Assembly (NCBI GenBank): GCA_951406725.2
Contig: OX597823.1
Coordinates: 116,312,001 to 116,376,000 of the forward strand
Source of the DNA: Octopus vulgaris
Taxonomy: Eukaryota
Reading direction: 5' to 3'
Length of the DNA: 64,000 nucleotides
The notes under the pieces were generated by a model that did no database searches, was not told the DNA's origin, and was given only the letters and a program-made list of their open reading frames with translations. This document shows positions 38,768-51,568 of the stretch, one piece after another. A program made the translations under genes and the position numbers. Positions within the stretch are counted from its first letter, which is position 1. Each line of letters opens with the position of its first letter.

Positions 38768-39461
38768 GTAATAATGACAATAATATTGATGATGATGATG
38801 ATGATGATGGTGGTGGTGTGGGGGTGATGATGATGATGATGATGACGATGATGGAGAATAAATATGATCATTGTTTTAGTCACAAAAGCAATGTGTGAAT
38901 GAACATGGCATGGACAATTAACAAAACTTTAAAATCATGACATGGAATCTTCCATGATCAAGACAGACATGGCAAACAGATGCGTTTAAATGTTATGACA
39001 TGAGATTCCCCAATAAGGAAACGGTCACCTGGGGCCTATAGAAAAACCTTCACATATCCAGTTTATCAAATGTTAATGGTTGACTCAAAGAAATTATGAT
39101 TGTTAATTAGTTAGACATACTACATTACTGCTATGTTATTCATACATGGCAGAGTGGACTCCATGTGGTATATTGCTATAGTTAGAAATGGTCAGTCTCA
39201 GTATACCCTACATGCAGGATAATTTGTTTTGTGCTTTATTTCATTTATAGAGGCTGAATACTTGTATAGCTTTCTTTCATCTTTATCATACGTGATTTTG
39301 AGTTAATCTTCTAACATAAAGGATTTCTGTTGTCTGAAAAATTGGTAGGTTTCTGGATGAGATAAAGCTTTCTCTATTTGATAGGGAAAACTCACTCATC
39401 TAAGATGTTGCAACTCCTTCTCTAGAGCCATTTTCCTTTCAGTTATAAGCTGAGAAGTTGA

Positions 39462-39686
39462 AGGTGGCAAGCTGGCAGAAACGTTAGCGCACCGGGCAAA
39501 ATAATTAGCAGTATTTCGCCTGTCGTTACGTTCTGAGTTCAAATTCCGCTGAGGTCGACTTTGCCTTTCATCCTTTCAGGGTTGATAAATAAAGCACCAG
39601 TTTTGCACTGGGGTCGATGTAATCGACTTAATCCCTTTGTCTGTCCTTGTTTGTCCCCTCTATGTTTAGCCCCTTATAAAGAAATA
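39462..39686 (+). mobile_element. SINE family B
   Basis: aaggtggcaagctggcagaaacgttagc...tttagccccttataaagaaata. Confidence 0.88.
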
Positions 39687-40490
39687 TATAAGCTGTAAAG
39701 AAATACATAAGCTGAGAAGTTGATCCCTACTTTAAAGAGGAGTGGAAGACAACTGAGTAGGAACCATTATTGGACAGATTCCTTTAGATGCTGGTTACTG
39801 TTGAGTTCTTTGGTGTCTTTGGTCCCAAAACTGCTGCTCTTCTCCATCAAATTGGAATGAAGAAAGAAACCCCATGAAGATGAGTGTTTAATGCAGTAGA
39901 TATCTCTGGCTATTCTTTCTGGCATTGTCTTACCATTTTGTCTGTGAGGTGTAAATGAGATAAGTTGTTCAACAGACGATGTATAATGTTTTTTTTTTTT
40001 ATTTTTATTTTTTACTAAGAATTACATAATTCGTAAAATTATATACAAATAATATTTGTTTAGTCCCAAAACAGCTAACACCATCCTAATATTTGCTTGT
40101 AGCAAAATATCTTGAAAATACTTGTGTCCAAATATGTTTTCTAAAGATGGATATTTATCTTTTGTCTGGGTTTTAACACATTGACAATGATTTACTGTAA
40201 CGTATAATTAAAGGTTGTTTACCATTCCATCTGTGGCATTAAATTGTTTAAGAGTTAACACATTCATGACAAGGCTTATTGTTACCATCACAAAATAAAA
40301 TAATCTGTATATGTTAACATCAATGAATTAACTCGTTCACCACAGAAATAGAAGTTCAAGTAGAGTCTATGTTGTGGCTTCCATTTTAGGGTTCAAAAAC
40401 ATACTCCAAAGCACTAACTCTGCATGGAAATTGAGTACATGCATCAGCATATGAAAACACATGCATGTGTGGATGTATTGATGAGCTGTG

Positions 40491-41771
40491 TATCAAGCTG
40501 AGTAAAAAGTAAGCAATGTTTTGAAACGTGAAATTCATCACAATATATTTCAACCATGCGGAAATTTCATTCATCAAAGAAAGTACCATTGCAATCAACA
40601 CATTTTTGCCAATGAATTACAAGTTTATTTATTCTGGTAACATAAAAATCTGCAGTTCTGGAGCTGATGAACTCTTTGAACACAGTTTCAGCATCAGTTT
40701 GATTTTTGAGCTCCTTCTCTCAGAGGAAACCATCAAGGTGCTTGAAAAAGTGGTATTTGGTAGGAAACAGGTCTGGGGAATAAGCTGGGTGGAGAAGAAC
40801 TTTGTAGGCAACTTCCCTCAACTTCTGGAGCATCTTTAGTGAAACGAGTGGTCAAGCATTGTCATGAAGAATGATTGGCCCTCTTCTGTTAACCAGTCTG
40901 GGACGGAGGAGGAGCAGTTTTTCATTCATTTTGGCAATTTCAAGGCAATATGTTTCTGCAGTAATGGTTTTTCCAGGTTTTAAGAAGTTATAATGGATGA
41001 ATCCAGTAGTACACCACCAAACAGTCACCATAACCTTCTTTTTGAAAAGTTTGGGTTTAGGGAAGGTTTTTGGTGCTTCATTTTAGTCCAACCACTGCAA
41101 AGAACGTTTTTTATTATTGTACAGCATCAATTTTCATCAGAAGTTACAACATGGTTGAGAAATCGATTGGTCTGGTTACAGAGAAGCAACAAGCAAATTT
41201 CATATCTGTGCATTTTCTGATTTTCATTCAAATCGTGTGGTACCCATCTGTCGAGCCTTTTTGATTTTCTGATTGCAAGCAAATGGTTGCAGGCAGTTTT
41301 CTGGCTAACTTGTTCTGCCAGTTCTCGAGTGGTTTTACATGGATCTTTCTCAATGACATTCTTTAATTGACTGTCATCAATGACAGATGGGCGTCCACTA
41401 TGCTCACAATCTTCAAGGCTCAGGTCTCCACTGCAAAATCATTTAAACCATTTTTGAGCTGACCACCCATCGGTCATTTCGTCACCAAATGTTTCCTTGA
41501 TATCGCAAACAGCTGCAACTGCTTTACATCCTTTTTGAAGTTGAATAGCAAAATTGCTCAAATATCACACTTTGACAGTTCCATTTCAGATGATTGTAAC
41601 AACGGTGGGGAAAATATCAATGTTAATTAATTGACGCATTTGGGCAAGTCTATGTCTGTATAATCAGACAATTGCAGAAAAAAAATGTTTTAAAAAATTC
41701 AAAACTCTGCAAAAGTCTGTTACAATTTTTTCATGGTTCAAAACCTTGCTTACTTTTTACTCAACCTGATA
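40491..41771 (-). mobile_element. Full-length mariner (Tc1/mariner) transposon, inactivated
   Basis: Left end TAtcaagctgagtaaaaagtaagcaatgttttgaa and right end ttcaaaaccttgcttactttttactcaacctgaTA form an inverted pair (3 mismatches in 35 nt) with TA at both ends; length about 1.28 kb. Confidence 0.93.
40567..41584 (-). pseudogene. Mariner transposase pseudogene
   Basis: MELSKCDI*AILLFNFK..AQKWFK*FCSGDLSLEDCEHSGRPS...GPIILHDNA*P..LLHPAYSPDLFPTKYHFFKHLD...LVIHWQKCVDCNGTFFDE*. Several stops and frameshifts. Confidence 0.92.
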
Positions 41772-41823
41772 TTAACATCTAATATCAGGTTGAGTTAAAC
41801 ACATGTGACACTGGTAGCATCCA

Positions 41824-42051
41824 TTAACCATTTAGCTTTCAAACCGTCTTTTTCTGGCCAACATGTTCTGCCTGTTTCACATTCAAACCATCCAAATTCA
41901 GCCCCTCACACCTTTCCTACAATGTTATTCTCAAAAGTTACAATTACACCATCGAAATCTCGAAGTTATGAGATAATGAATGATTAATTCAAAACAATGT
42001 GAATAAAGAAACATAAGATTTGACAAAATAATTTGAATGTTAAAGGGTTAA
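41824..42051. mobile_element. TTAA-type MITE, family 1
   Basis: TTAAccatttagctttcaaa...tttgaatgttaaagggTTAA. Confidence 0.75.
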
Positions 42052-44577
42052 AAATGGTTTCTAAATTAAAGACTTACCTATTTTATAAAATTACATAGTT
42101 ATTTGCATATTTGAAGGGTCAGTGAATATAGGTCAACTCATGTGGGGGCTATGTAATTGAAAGAAACAAAAGGCTTCCACTAATTATTATTTTACTGAAC
42201 ACTTGGTAGTTACCTGCTCATCATTATATTTAAGATATATACAAGGTTAAACCTGAAAAGACAAAGTCTTAGAGATGCAGTGAGTTGTAGCTAATTTGGC
42301 CCTTATATTTTAAACCAAACCAAAAATACAAACCTTAAATATTACATTATGTGAACTCACTGATAAATGACACTGTTACTTTAGTTACTAAGATATGAGT
42401 ATTAAATATTTTCCCCTGACTTGAATATAATATAAATTAACTTTTGTGTGGTCTAACACTGAAAATGTACAAATACTGATATTATATTGAGTGTTAGTTT
42501 TGCTTAACAGCCTAAAGCTCACCTATGTTATTAGTACAAACAATGTCAGGTGTCTGTAATACATCAGTAATAATCTTATTTGATCAACTGAAGTTATTTA
42601 TGAGAAAAATAATAATTAGGTTCAATTATTTTGTGATAGGTTTAATCCATTGAAATAAAGAAATGGCAGGACAAGTCTATTAATTAGCCATCTGACAAAA
42701 ATGAAGCAAATGCAATGCAAACATTTATCAATGCCATTCAATTTGATTATTGTAATTTGTTTAACTTAATGTAATTAGCCAACAGTTTATAATAATTATG
42801 TTCTCTATGGAAAATAAATGAATGTAAATACATTTCGTTATTCTTTCTGAACATAAAAAGATGAAGAAGATTATTCTGATACATTTCGTGGTTAGTTGGT
42901 CACTTTTCAGAGAATAAATACCCAACACCTTTCTACATACAAAGAGAACTTTCTAATAATCACTATTTAAATCAAGCACAACCCAGAACCTAACTGAAAT
43001 GTCAGACCTGTTTTGCATATCCTGCATTAGTCAGTGATTTGATTAACTGATTAATATTTTTTTGCATAAACAGTGTGTATTAAAAAATTTAATATAAAAT
43101 TTAATGTAGTTAGTTTACATTGCATATGGCTAGTTGCCAACTGTTTAAAAGTTAAGTACCTTTCACATTCATCCCTTAAAGATAAATTGAAAGCAATTGT
43201 TACTTGAACCAAACCCTAACAAGGGTATAGCTGGAATCGCCACATTGATAAAAATTGATATATGTTGAGTATTTGAAGAACTTTAACTACACATTTCTAT
43301 GCTTCCTTCTCAACATCAACTGACACAATAACTTGACAAACTTTGACATGTTTAATAAAACCAAATCTTTGTCCAAAAATATAAATTCTTCCAAGAAGTG
43401 CCCTGCTAAGAAACTTCTTTTCGTAATGAAAGGACATCTGTATTTTTCTGATCAATTTACCTCAATGAAAATCCTATTAGCTGTATCTAACAAAGCACAA
43501 AGATGGGTGAGGGCTAGCTTGGGTAAGCCTTGCTGTTTCAGGTGAGAATATCTGGCATAGTCAGGACAGATACTTTCAGGGTGACAACGAGTACAATAAA
43601 AAATGGAATAAGGAAGACAAAACAAAATGGAATGATAAAATGATGCTTTAACTGTTTGCAAGAGAGGTGAGCAGAAAAACAGATGCTAATGGATAGCAAT
43701 ACTGGCTGAGAAAGATTGACTTCAAGCCAGAGAAAGAATTAGTTATATGTATTGTGCAGGAATAATCACTTACAACAAATACCAAACCCATAACTGACAT
43801 TTCAGCAGAGAGTGACAAATGCAGGTTATGAATTAATAAAAGTGAGATTGTTTGACACATTGTAAAAGAGTGCATAAATGTAAAGGAGGTAGCATGGATT
43901 ACATAGGTCAAACAAAACTCACTCTCAGAAATAGACTAACTATTCATAGATAACAAATATGAGACCCCTGTACTAGACAGATCCTACTGAGTGGACACAT
44001 AAACCTATGGGAAAAAAATAAGTTTCCTAAGTTCCAAGTCTTTTCTTTTTACCTTTGTTCAGTCAGTACCACAGACCAAACAGGAATAAACAAAGAAAAT
44101 ATATTCATAGGAAAGTACAAACCAAGACTAAATAAACTTTAATAAACTATATTCACAACAACAATAATAATGGTTTCAAATTTTGCCACAAGGGCTGCAA
44201 TTTTGTGATGATAACAATAAATTCTTGTTCTAAATATGTTAACTCTCAAACAATTTGATGCCACAGATGGAATGGTAAACAACCTTTAATTATGCTCACA
44301 GTAATCATTCTGGTACTTATTTTATGCACCCCGAAAGGGTGAAAGGCTGAGTGAACCTTAACGAATTTGAACTCAGAACGGAGGGAACAACCTGGCGTCC
44401 TAACGATTCTTGCCACTTTAATGATAATAGTAAGAAGGAGGAGGAGGGGGGAGAACAAGAAGAAGGAGGAGAAAGAGGAGGAGGAGAACAAGAAGAAGGA
44501 GGAGAAAGAGGAGGAGGAGGAGAACAAGAAGGAGGAGGAAGGGGGGAGGAGGAAAAGATGAATGATGATGATGATGA

Positions 44578-44889
44578 TAAAAGGCATTGAAAATAATTTG
44601 AGAATGGTTCCTGACTTGCTATGCCTGCACTGTGAGAAGTGCAAAAGATTATTTTAATTGGTGCATCAGCATTGTCACTGCAAGAACAATATCCTTTTCT
44701 ACGTAACTTTATTTGATTTTGTAAATGAACAATTTCGTGTGTTTATCTTAATGACCTATCAATGTATACAGTGAGTTTCTTTGCCCTAGGTGTTGGGAAG
44801 ACACTTAACAAGAAATGGAAACAAAATTAAAGGAAGAAAAACTAATAACAACAACAACAACAATAATAATAATAATGATGTTGATGCTG

Positions 44890-44929
<40 letters not shown>

Positions 44930-45225
44930 TAAAAGGAACTGGAAATTATTTGAGGATAATTCCTGGTTTACCTTCACTGCAAGATGTGTATAAAATTGTT
45001 TCAACTGGTATGTCAGGTGTATTGAGAAGAACATTGTCATTGTGAGAATGATTACCTTAATTTTTTTTTTTACATAACTTAATTTAATTTTGTAAATGAA
45101 CAATCTGATGTGTTTATTTTAATGGTCTATGAATGTAGACAGTGTGTTCATTTCCCCAGGGTGTCAGGAAGCACTCAGAAAGAAATGGAAACAAAATTGA
45201 AGGAAGGTGAAAAACTCATAATAAT
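44578..45225 (+). mobile_element. Two tandem 3' ends of a third R4/Dong-like family in (AAT)n
   Basis: IKGIENNLRMVP..EVQKIILIG (from 44578) and KGTGNYLRIIPGLPSLQDVYKIVSTGMSGVLRRTLSL* (44930-45045). Each is followed by the same 3' UTR (tttgtaaatgaacaat...aagaaatggaaacaaaatt) and AAT-type repeats. Confidence 0.75.
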
Positions 45226-45453
45226 AATGATATTGGTTTTTATCTTAGACCAGGTTGTAGAAATGCGTTGAAACATCACTGATGCCAATCTGTATCGTTC
45301 TTTGCCTTTCCCTTGGATAACATCTGTAGCATGAAGAAAGAGGAAGCTGCCTGGACTTGTACCTTAGAAGGCAACTTTTTAGAGGCAGCCCCATGGTCAT
45401 TCATGGCCAAAGGGGTCCTTTCTTTGAGATTTTAATTTTTGATTTGGATACAT

Positions 45454-45825
45454 AGGTGTAGGAGTGGCTGTGTGGTAAGTAGCTTGCTTACGAGCTACAT
45501 GGTTCCGGGTTCAGTCCCACTGCGTGGCACCTTGGGCAAGTGTCTTCTACTATAGCCTCGGGCCGACCAAAGCCTTGTGAGTGGATTTGGTAGAAGGAAA
45601 CTGAAAGAATCCTGTCATATATATATATGTGTGTGTGTGTGTGTTCATGTGTCTGTGTTTCTCCCCTCAACATTGCTTAACGACTGATGTTGGTGTGTTT
45701 ACATCCCTGTAATTTAGCAGCTTGGCAAAAGAGACAGATAGAATAAGTACTAGGCTTACAAAGAATAAGTCCTGGGATCGATTTGCTTGACTAAAGATGG
45801 TGCTCCAGCATGGTCACAGTCAAAT
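45454..45825 (+). mobile_element. SINE family A (3' end slightly truncated)
   Basis: Head through ctccagcatggtcacagtcaaat. Confidence 0.9.
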
Positions 45826-45984
45826 TTCTTGATGCTCTAAAAATTCTTCCGGCCCACCAACTTTAATGCTTTTTCTTTTTGATTTAGGTGAAAGACTAGT
45901 AATTTTGAAGACTAAGGGTTAGTCAATTCCATTGACCCAAGGATTGGATGTCCTTTATTTTATTGATACCATTAAAAGCGAAAT

Positions 45985-46430
45985 CAAATTTGTTGACTGG
46001 CATCCGTGCTAGTGGAGCGCTAAGAGCACCATCCAGGCATGATCGTTGCCAGAGCAGCAAACTGACTTCCATGCCGGTGGCACATAAAAAACACCATTCG
46101 AGTCCCCTTTCTGGCACTTGTGCTGGTGGCACGTGAAAATACATTTGAGCAAGGTGGACTGGCTCCTATGCAGGTGGCATGTAAAAAATACCATTTGAGC
46201 ATGGCCGTTGCCAGTACCGCTTGACTAGCCCGTGTGCCGGTGCATGTAAAAGTACCCACAACACTCTCGGAGTGGTTGGTGTTAGGAAGGGCATCTTCCA
46301 GTTTTAGAAACTCTGCCAAATGAAGATTGGAGCCTGGTGCAGCCATCTGGTTTGCCAGTCCTCAGTCAAATCGTCCAACTCATGCCAGCATGGAAAGCGG
46401 ACGTTAAACGATGATGATAAGGATGATGAT
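45985..46430 (+). mobile_element. Repeat family C with five internal repeat units
   Basis: Repeated gtgc(c/t)ggtggca(c/t)gtaaaa-like units, then the family 3' part and (GAT)n. Confidence 0.85.
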
Positions 46431-47159
46431 GATTAGAGTGAAAGATAAAGTTGATGTAGACAAGATTTCAAATCAAAACGTTAAAACCAACCAGAAAAAT
46501 GCTGCTTGCCATTTTTCTCGACACTCCAATAATTTTGCCAATAATACTAATGAGTATAAATTTATATTTTGGCACAAGGCCAGCAAGTTTGACCTCTGTG
46601 CAGTTTGAACTCAGAATGCAACAAGCTGAAAGAGATACCACTAAAGCTCTTGTCTAATGAGTTAACAATTCTCCCAGCTCATCACCTAAGTAGTAGTAGT
46701 AGTATTCGGGGTCATGGTGGTGGTGGTGGTTGTCATCGTGGTGGTGTTAGGTGTGGGGTGGGGGGTTGGTAGGGATAAAGGATTTCCTTGAATAGTGAAC
46801 ATCAAATGAATGCTAAAATGAAGATATCTTTTTCTGATTCATTAATAGTTTTTTTTTTCTCTCTTTATTCAAAACCTGGGAAATTTGAAGATGTCACTTC
46901 TTCTTTGTTAACATCACTTAAATCGTAGGCAATGTTTATTTAAAATTGTAGAAAGATGCTTCTAGATTCAAATGTGCAAAACTGACATCCCAACAAGAAA
47001 TGAAACAAAACAAAAATGGCAATTTACATTTCAAATATCAAGACTTGAAGATATTTTTGTATCTGAGTACTTTAAAATGCCATAATTTGAAATGCTATCT
47101 TTACAACTGAAATATATTTTCAGTTTAGCTGTTTGTTGCTTGCTTATTATTATTATTAT

Positions 47160-47490
47160 TATTAGGATTATCTTCTTTCAATTTTGTTTCCATTTCTTGC
47201 CAAGTGTCTTCCCAACACCTAGGGCAAAGAAACTCACTGTATACACTGGTAGTCCATTAAAATAAACACACAAGATTGTTCATTTTACAAAGTCATGAGA
47301 TAAAGAAAGACAGAGAAAAATGAAAGAAAGGAAAAACGAAAATAGGAAAAAGAAAACAAAAAAATGTTCACATCCCTGTGCTCCTCTCAACACATGTGAC
47401 ATTCAAGCTGAGACAATCTTTTGCTCTTGTTGCATGGACAGTAAACCAAGGATCATCCTCAAATAATTTTCAGTTCCTTTTTGATCATTC
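47160..47490 (-). mobile_element. R4/Dong-like 3' end (same family as 44578-45225)
   Basis: Reverse complement of aaaaggaactgaaaattatttgaggatgatccttggtttac...aagaaatggaaacaaaattgaa; between (TTA)n tracts. Confidence 0.7.
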
Positions 47491-47550
47491 CAAGTGCTCA
47501 TTATTATTATTATTATTATTATTGTTGTTGTTATTACTAAGGTATACTAT

Positions 47551-47944
47551 AGGCGCAGGAGTGGCTGTGTGGTAAGTAGCTTGCTTACGAAACACATGGT
47601 ACCAGGTTCAGTCCCACTGCATGATACCTTGGGCAAGTGTCTTCTACTATAGCCTGGGGCTGACCAAAGCCTTGTGAGTGGATTTGGTAGACGGAAACTG
47701 AAAGAAGCCTGTCATATATATGTATGTATATATGCTTGTGTGTTTATGTTTCTCCCCCCAAAATTGCTTGACAACCGATGGTGGTGTGTTTATGTCCCCA
47801 TACCTTAGCAGTTCAGCAAAAGAGACCGATAGAATAAGTACTAGTCTTACAAAGAATAAGTCCTGGGGTCGTTTTGCTCAACTGAAGGCGGTGCTCCAGC
47901 ATGGCCACAATCACATGACGGAAACAAGTAAAAGAGTAAAAGAG
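47551..47944 (+). mobile_element. SINE family A
   Basis: Complete copy; a SINE B head follows at about 47957. Confidence 0.9.
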
Positions 47945-48282
47945 TATCCTTTCCTGAAGGTGGTGAGCTGGCAGAAGCGTTAGCACACTGGGTGAAATGC
48001 TTAACATATTTTGTCTGCCACTAGGTTCTGAGTTCAAATTCTGGATGAAGGGATGAAAGGGAAGTCAACCTTGGTGGAATGTTAGAATTAAGGCAGTGAA
48101 GTAACAGGATTGCTAGCATGTCAGATAAAATACGGATTTTTACATTCTTGCTGAGGTCAGCTTTGCCTTTCATCCTTCCTCAGTTGATAAAATAAGTACC
48201 AGTTAAGTAATAGGGTTGATGCAATCAACCCACTCCATTCCCTCAAAATTTCAGGCATTGTGCCAATAGCAGAAAGGGCTGT

Positions 48283-48313
<31 letters not shown>

Positions 48314-48409
48314 GCTGCTTCTTCTTCTTCTTCTTCTTCTTCTTCTTCTTCTTCTTCTTCTTCTTCTTCTTCTTCTTCTTCTTCTTCTTCTTCTTCTTCC
48401 AATCAGGAC

Positions 48410-48746
48410 TCACACCATTAGCCACAAAGAAAAGCTACTAAGAATGCCTGTGGCAACTTGAAGATCCACCCACCACACGCGACAGACTGGTGGTTGCATG
48501 GGTGTGAAAGCTATGTTGCTATCCTCATTCCATAAACGGTGGCTTTTTAATGGGTGGAGAGCTGAACCATCCTGGGTTACAGAGGATTCACAATCTAGAC
48601 TAGGGTCTGAAAGTTTACCACTCCATAGTGGGTTACACCATGGTTCCTCTGCTTCATGACAGAAGTAGGAAGAAAGATTGAGAGAAAGTTGTGGTGAAAG
48701 AGTACAGCGGGGTTCACCGACCCACCCACCCACCTGCCGGAGCCTC

Positions 48747-48748
<2 letters not shown>
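48410..48748 (-). mobile_element. SINE family D (tail type 3), head missing
   Basis: Reverse complement of the 50930-51168 sequence (cagaggaaccatggtgtaacccactatgg...ctttcagaccctagtctagattgtgaatcctct). Confidence 0.75.
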
Positions 48749-48783
<35 letters not shown>

Positions 48784-49176
48784 TGTATGGTGTAGCTTCA
48801 TTGTTGCTTGTCAGTGACTGAGTGGTTGGTTTGTTGAACAACTTGCTTTATAAGCCAGACAGACAGACAGACAGACAGATAATGTAATTTTCTGATGGCT
48901 TTTTTTTTTTTTGCCCTTCTCTTTATATTAATGAAATACAGAGAATTTTACATCTCACAATATAGAAATATTTCTCATAGCACCAGCAGACGAAATGGAA
49001 AAGGCCTTGCCCTGGATGGTAGCAAGGGTGATGCCCTGGACCAGCTACTCTGACTCGTGGGGCTCGCACTCGCAGACAGCAATTTCTGCCCTGGTAGCAG
49101 TGAAACTCTCTTCATAATGGTAGTTTTTCAGACTTCCTTTTTATACGGGATAATTACATTGTTCTGTTCACCAAAT

Positions 49177-49790
49177 CTCATTTCTCTCTCTCCCTCTCTC
49201 TCTCTCTCATCTCATCTCTCTCTCATCTCTCTCTCTCATCTCATCTCTCTCTCATCTCATCTCTCTCTCATCTCTCTCTCATGTCATCTCTTTCTCTCAT
49301 CTAATCTCTCTCTCATTTCATCTCTCTCTCATCTCATTTCTCTCTCCTTTCTCTCTCATCTCTCTCTCATCTCATTTCTCTCTCCTTTCTCTCTCATCTC
49401 TCTCTCATTTCATTTCATCTCTCTCTCTGATCTCCTCTCTCTCTCTGATCTCCTCTCTCTCTCTTTCTCTCTCTCTCTCATTTTCTCTCCTCTCTCTCTC
49501 TCTCATTTCTCTCTCTCCTTCTCTCTTTCTCATCTCATCTCACTCATTTCTCTCCCTCCTTCTCTCTCTCGTTTCATCTCATCTCTCTCATCTCATCTCT
49601 CTCATTTCATCTCATCGCTCTCATCTCATCTCTCTCCCTCATCTCATCTCTCTCTTTCTCTCTCATCTCATCTCTCTCATCTCACTGTTTCTCTCATTTC
49701 ATCTCTCTTTCTCCCATTCACTCCTCCTCTTGTCTCTCTCCCATTCACTCCCCCTCTTGTCACTCTCCCCGCCCCCACTCTCTCTCTCAA
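49177..49790. repeat. Polypyrimidine (CT)n/(CTCAT)n tract, about 600 bp
   Basis: Directly visible; it explains the spurious 253-aa S/L/H/I ORF. Confidence 0.95.
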
Positions 49791-50106
49791 CATCAAGTTT
49801 CTCTCTTTCAATACTTAGTCCTCAGTCAAAGAATTACAAGGACAAAAGTCTGATGTACAAATGTTATCCCACAGATTAACTACAAACAATAACTTGGTGG
49901 TTAATTATTCCTGTAAAATTAAATTAAATGTAATGTATGCAAATATATTTAAATACATTTGCATAAACATTTGTATTTTTACTGAATACCAATATATTTC
50001 AACTAAATAAATGGCAGAAGAAAATGTAAGCTTAGTTTCATGATATCTAACCAAAAATTCAGTAGATGTTAGATTGGCAGTTAGGTGTTCTATAGAATCA
50101 CCTTCT

Positions 50107-50533
50107 TATTTCTTTACTGCCCACAAGGGGATAAACATAGAGGGGATAAACAAGGACAGACAAAGGGATTAAGTCGATTACATCGACCCCAGTGTGTAAC
50201 TGGTACTTAATTTATCGACCCCAAAGGGATGAAAGGCAAAGTCAACCTCAGCGGAATTTGAACTGGCGTGTCGTTTCTGCCAGCTCGCCACCTTTAAATA
50301 CCTATTTCTTTACTACCCACAAGGGGCTAAACACAGAAGGGACAAACAAGGACAGACAAACGAATTAATCGATTACATCGACCCCAGTGCATACCTGGTA
50401 CTTAATATATCGACCCCGAACGGATGAAAGGCAAAGTCGACCTCGGCAGAATTTGAACTCAGAACGTAACGGCAGATGAAATACCGCTAAGCATTTCGCC
50501 CTGCGTGCTAATGTTTCTGCCAGCTCGCCACCT
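50107..50533 (-). mobile_element. Two tandem SINE family B copies
   Basis: tatttctttact...ctgccagctcgccacctt occurs twice (50107-50294 with an internal deletion; 50301-50533). Confidence 0.88.
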
Positions 50534-50794
50534 TAAATATACTTTTAACTCTCTGGGAAGCAATCTTCAATCAGACAGAAGGTGATTCTGTAGAATAGAA
50601 TCACCTTCTGTCTGATTGAAGATTGCTTCCCAGGGAGTTGAAAATATGTTTAAATATTAAATGTCTAAATATCTATTATGTTCACATTTACAGCATATAT
50701 TTGGGACAATATTTATAAATTTTGGTAGATTTCATCCCCATCTACCTCCTCCTCGTCATCATTATCATCATCATCATTAGCAACAGCAACAGCA

Positions 50795-51168
50795 GTGGAG
50801 ACGCAATGGCCCAGTGTTTAGGGCAGCAGACTCACGGTCATAAGAACGTGGCTTTGATTCCCAGACTGGGCATTGTGAGTGTTTTATTGAGCAAAAACAC
50901 CTAAGCTCCAGGAGACTCTGGTGGGGGTGGGGTGAACCCCGCTGTACTCTTTCACCACAACTTTCTCTCAATCTTTTTTTCTTTATCTTTTTTTTCTTTC
51001 TCTCACTCTTTCTTCCTACTTCTGCCACAAAGCAGAGGAACCATGGTGTAACCCACTATGGTGTGGTTAACTTTCAGACCCTAGTCTAGATTGTGAATCC
51101 TCTCTACTCCAGGATGGTTCAGCTCTCCACCCATTAATGAAGCCAACGTTTACAGAATGAGGATAACA
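50795..51168 (+). mobile_element. SINE family D (tail type 3)
   Basis: gtggagacgcaatggcccagtg head, family core, and a tail shared with 48410-48748. Confidence 0.8.
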
Positions 51169-51430
51169 AGGCTTTGATCGGTCCGAAGCTATGGTAGAAG
51201 ATACTTGCCCAAGGTGCCACGCAGTGGGACTGAACCCAGGACCATGTGGTTGGTAAGCATGCTGCTAAAGGTGGTGCTCCAGCATGGCCACACTCAGTAG
51301 AAGACACTTGCCCAAGGTGCCACGCAGTGGGACTGAACCCAGGACCATGTGGTTGGTAAGCATGCTACTAAAGGCGGTGCTCCAGCATGGCCACACTCAG
51401 TAGAAGACACTTGCCCAAGGTGCCATGCTG
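51168..51430. repeat. 103-bp tandem repeat built from SINE A pieces
   Basis: gtagaaga(t/c)acttgcccaagg at 51194, 51297 and 51400. Confidence 0.85.
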
Positions 51431-51568
51431 TGAAGTCAATATAGTATAAAATAGTGTAAACATTCGAACATTATTGTCTTTATCTTTCCAATTCTTGATG
51501 GATTTCACATGGAATTTTTGCTCTTCCAAAGTCATCTTCATCTCTAAGTAGACCTTCCTTTTTGGATA

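Noticed and set aside
45985-46260. CRISPR-like repeat-spacer pattern (gtgccggtggcacgtaaaa units)
   Set aside because: The context is eukaryotic, the spacers are mutually related, and the units are the internal tandem part of repeat family C.
49057-49818. 253-aa ORF, the longest in the window
   Set aside because: It is the (CT)/(CTCAT) tract read through, with no domain content.
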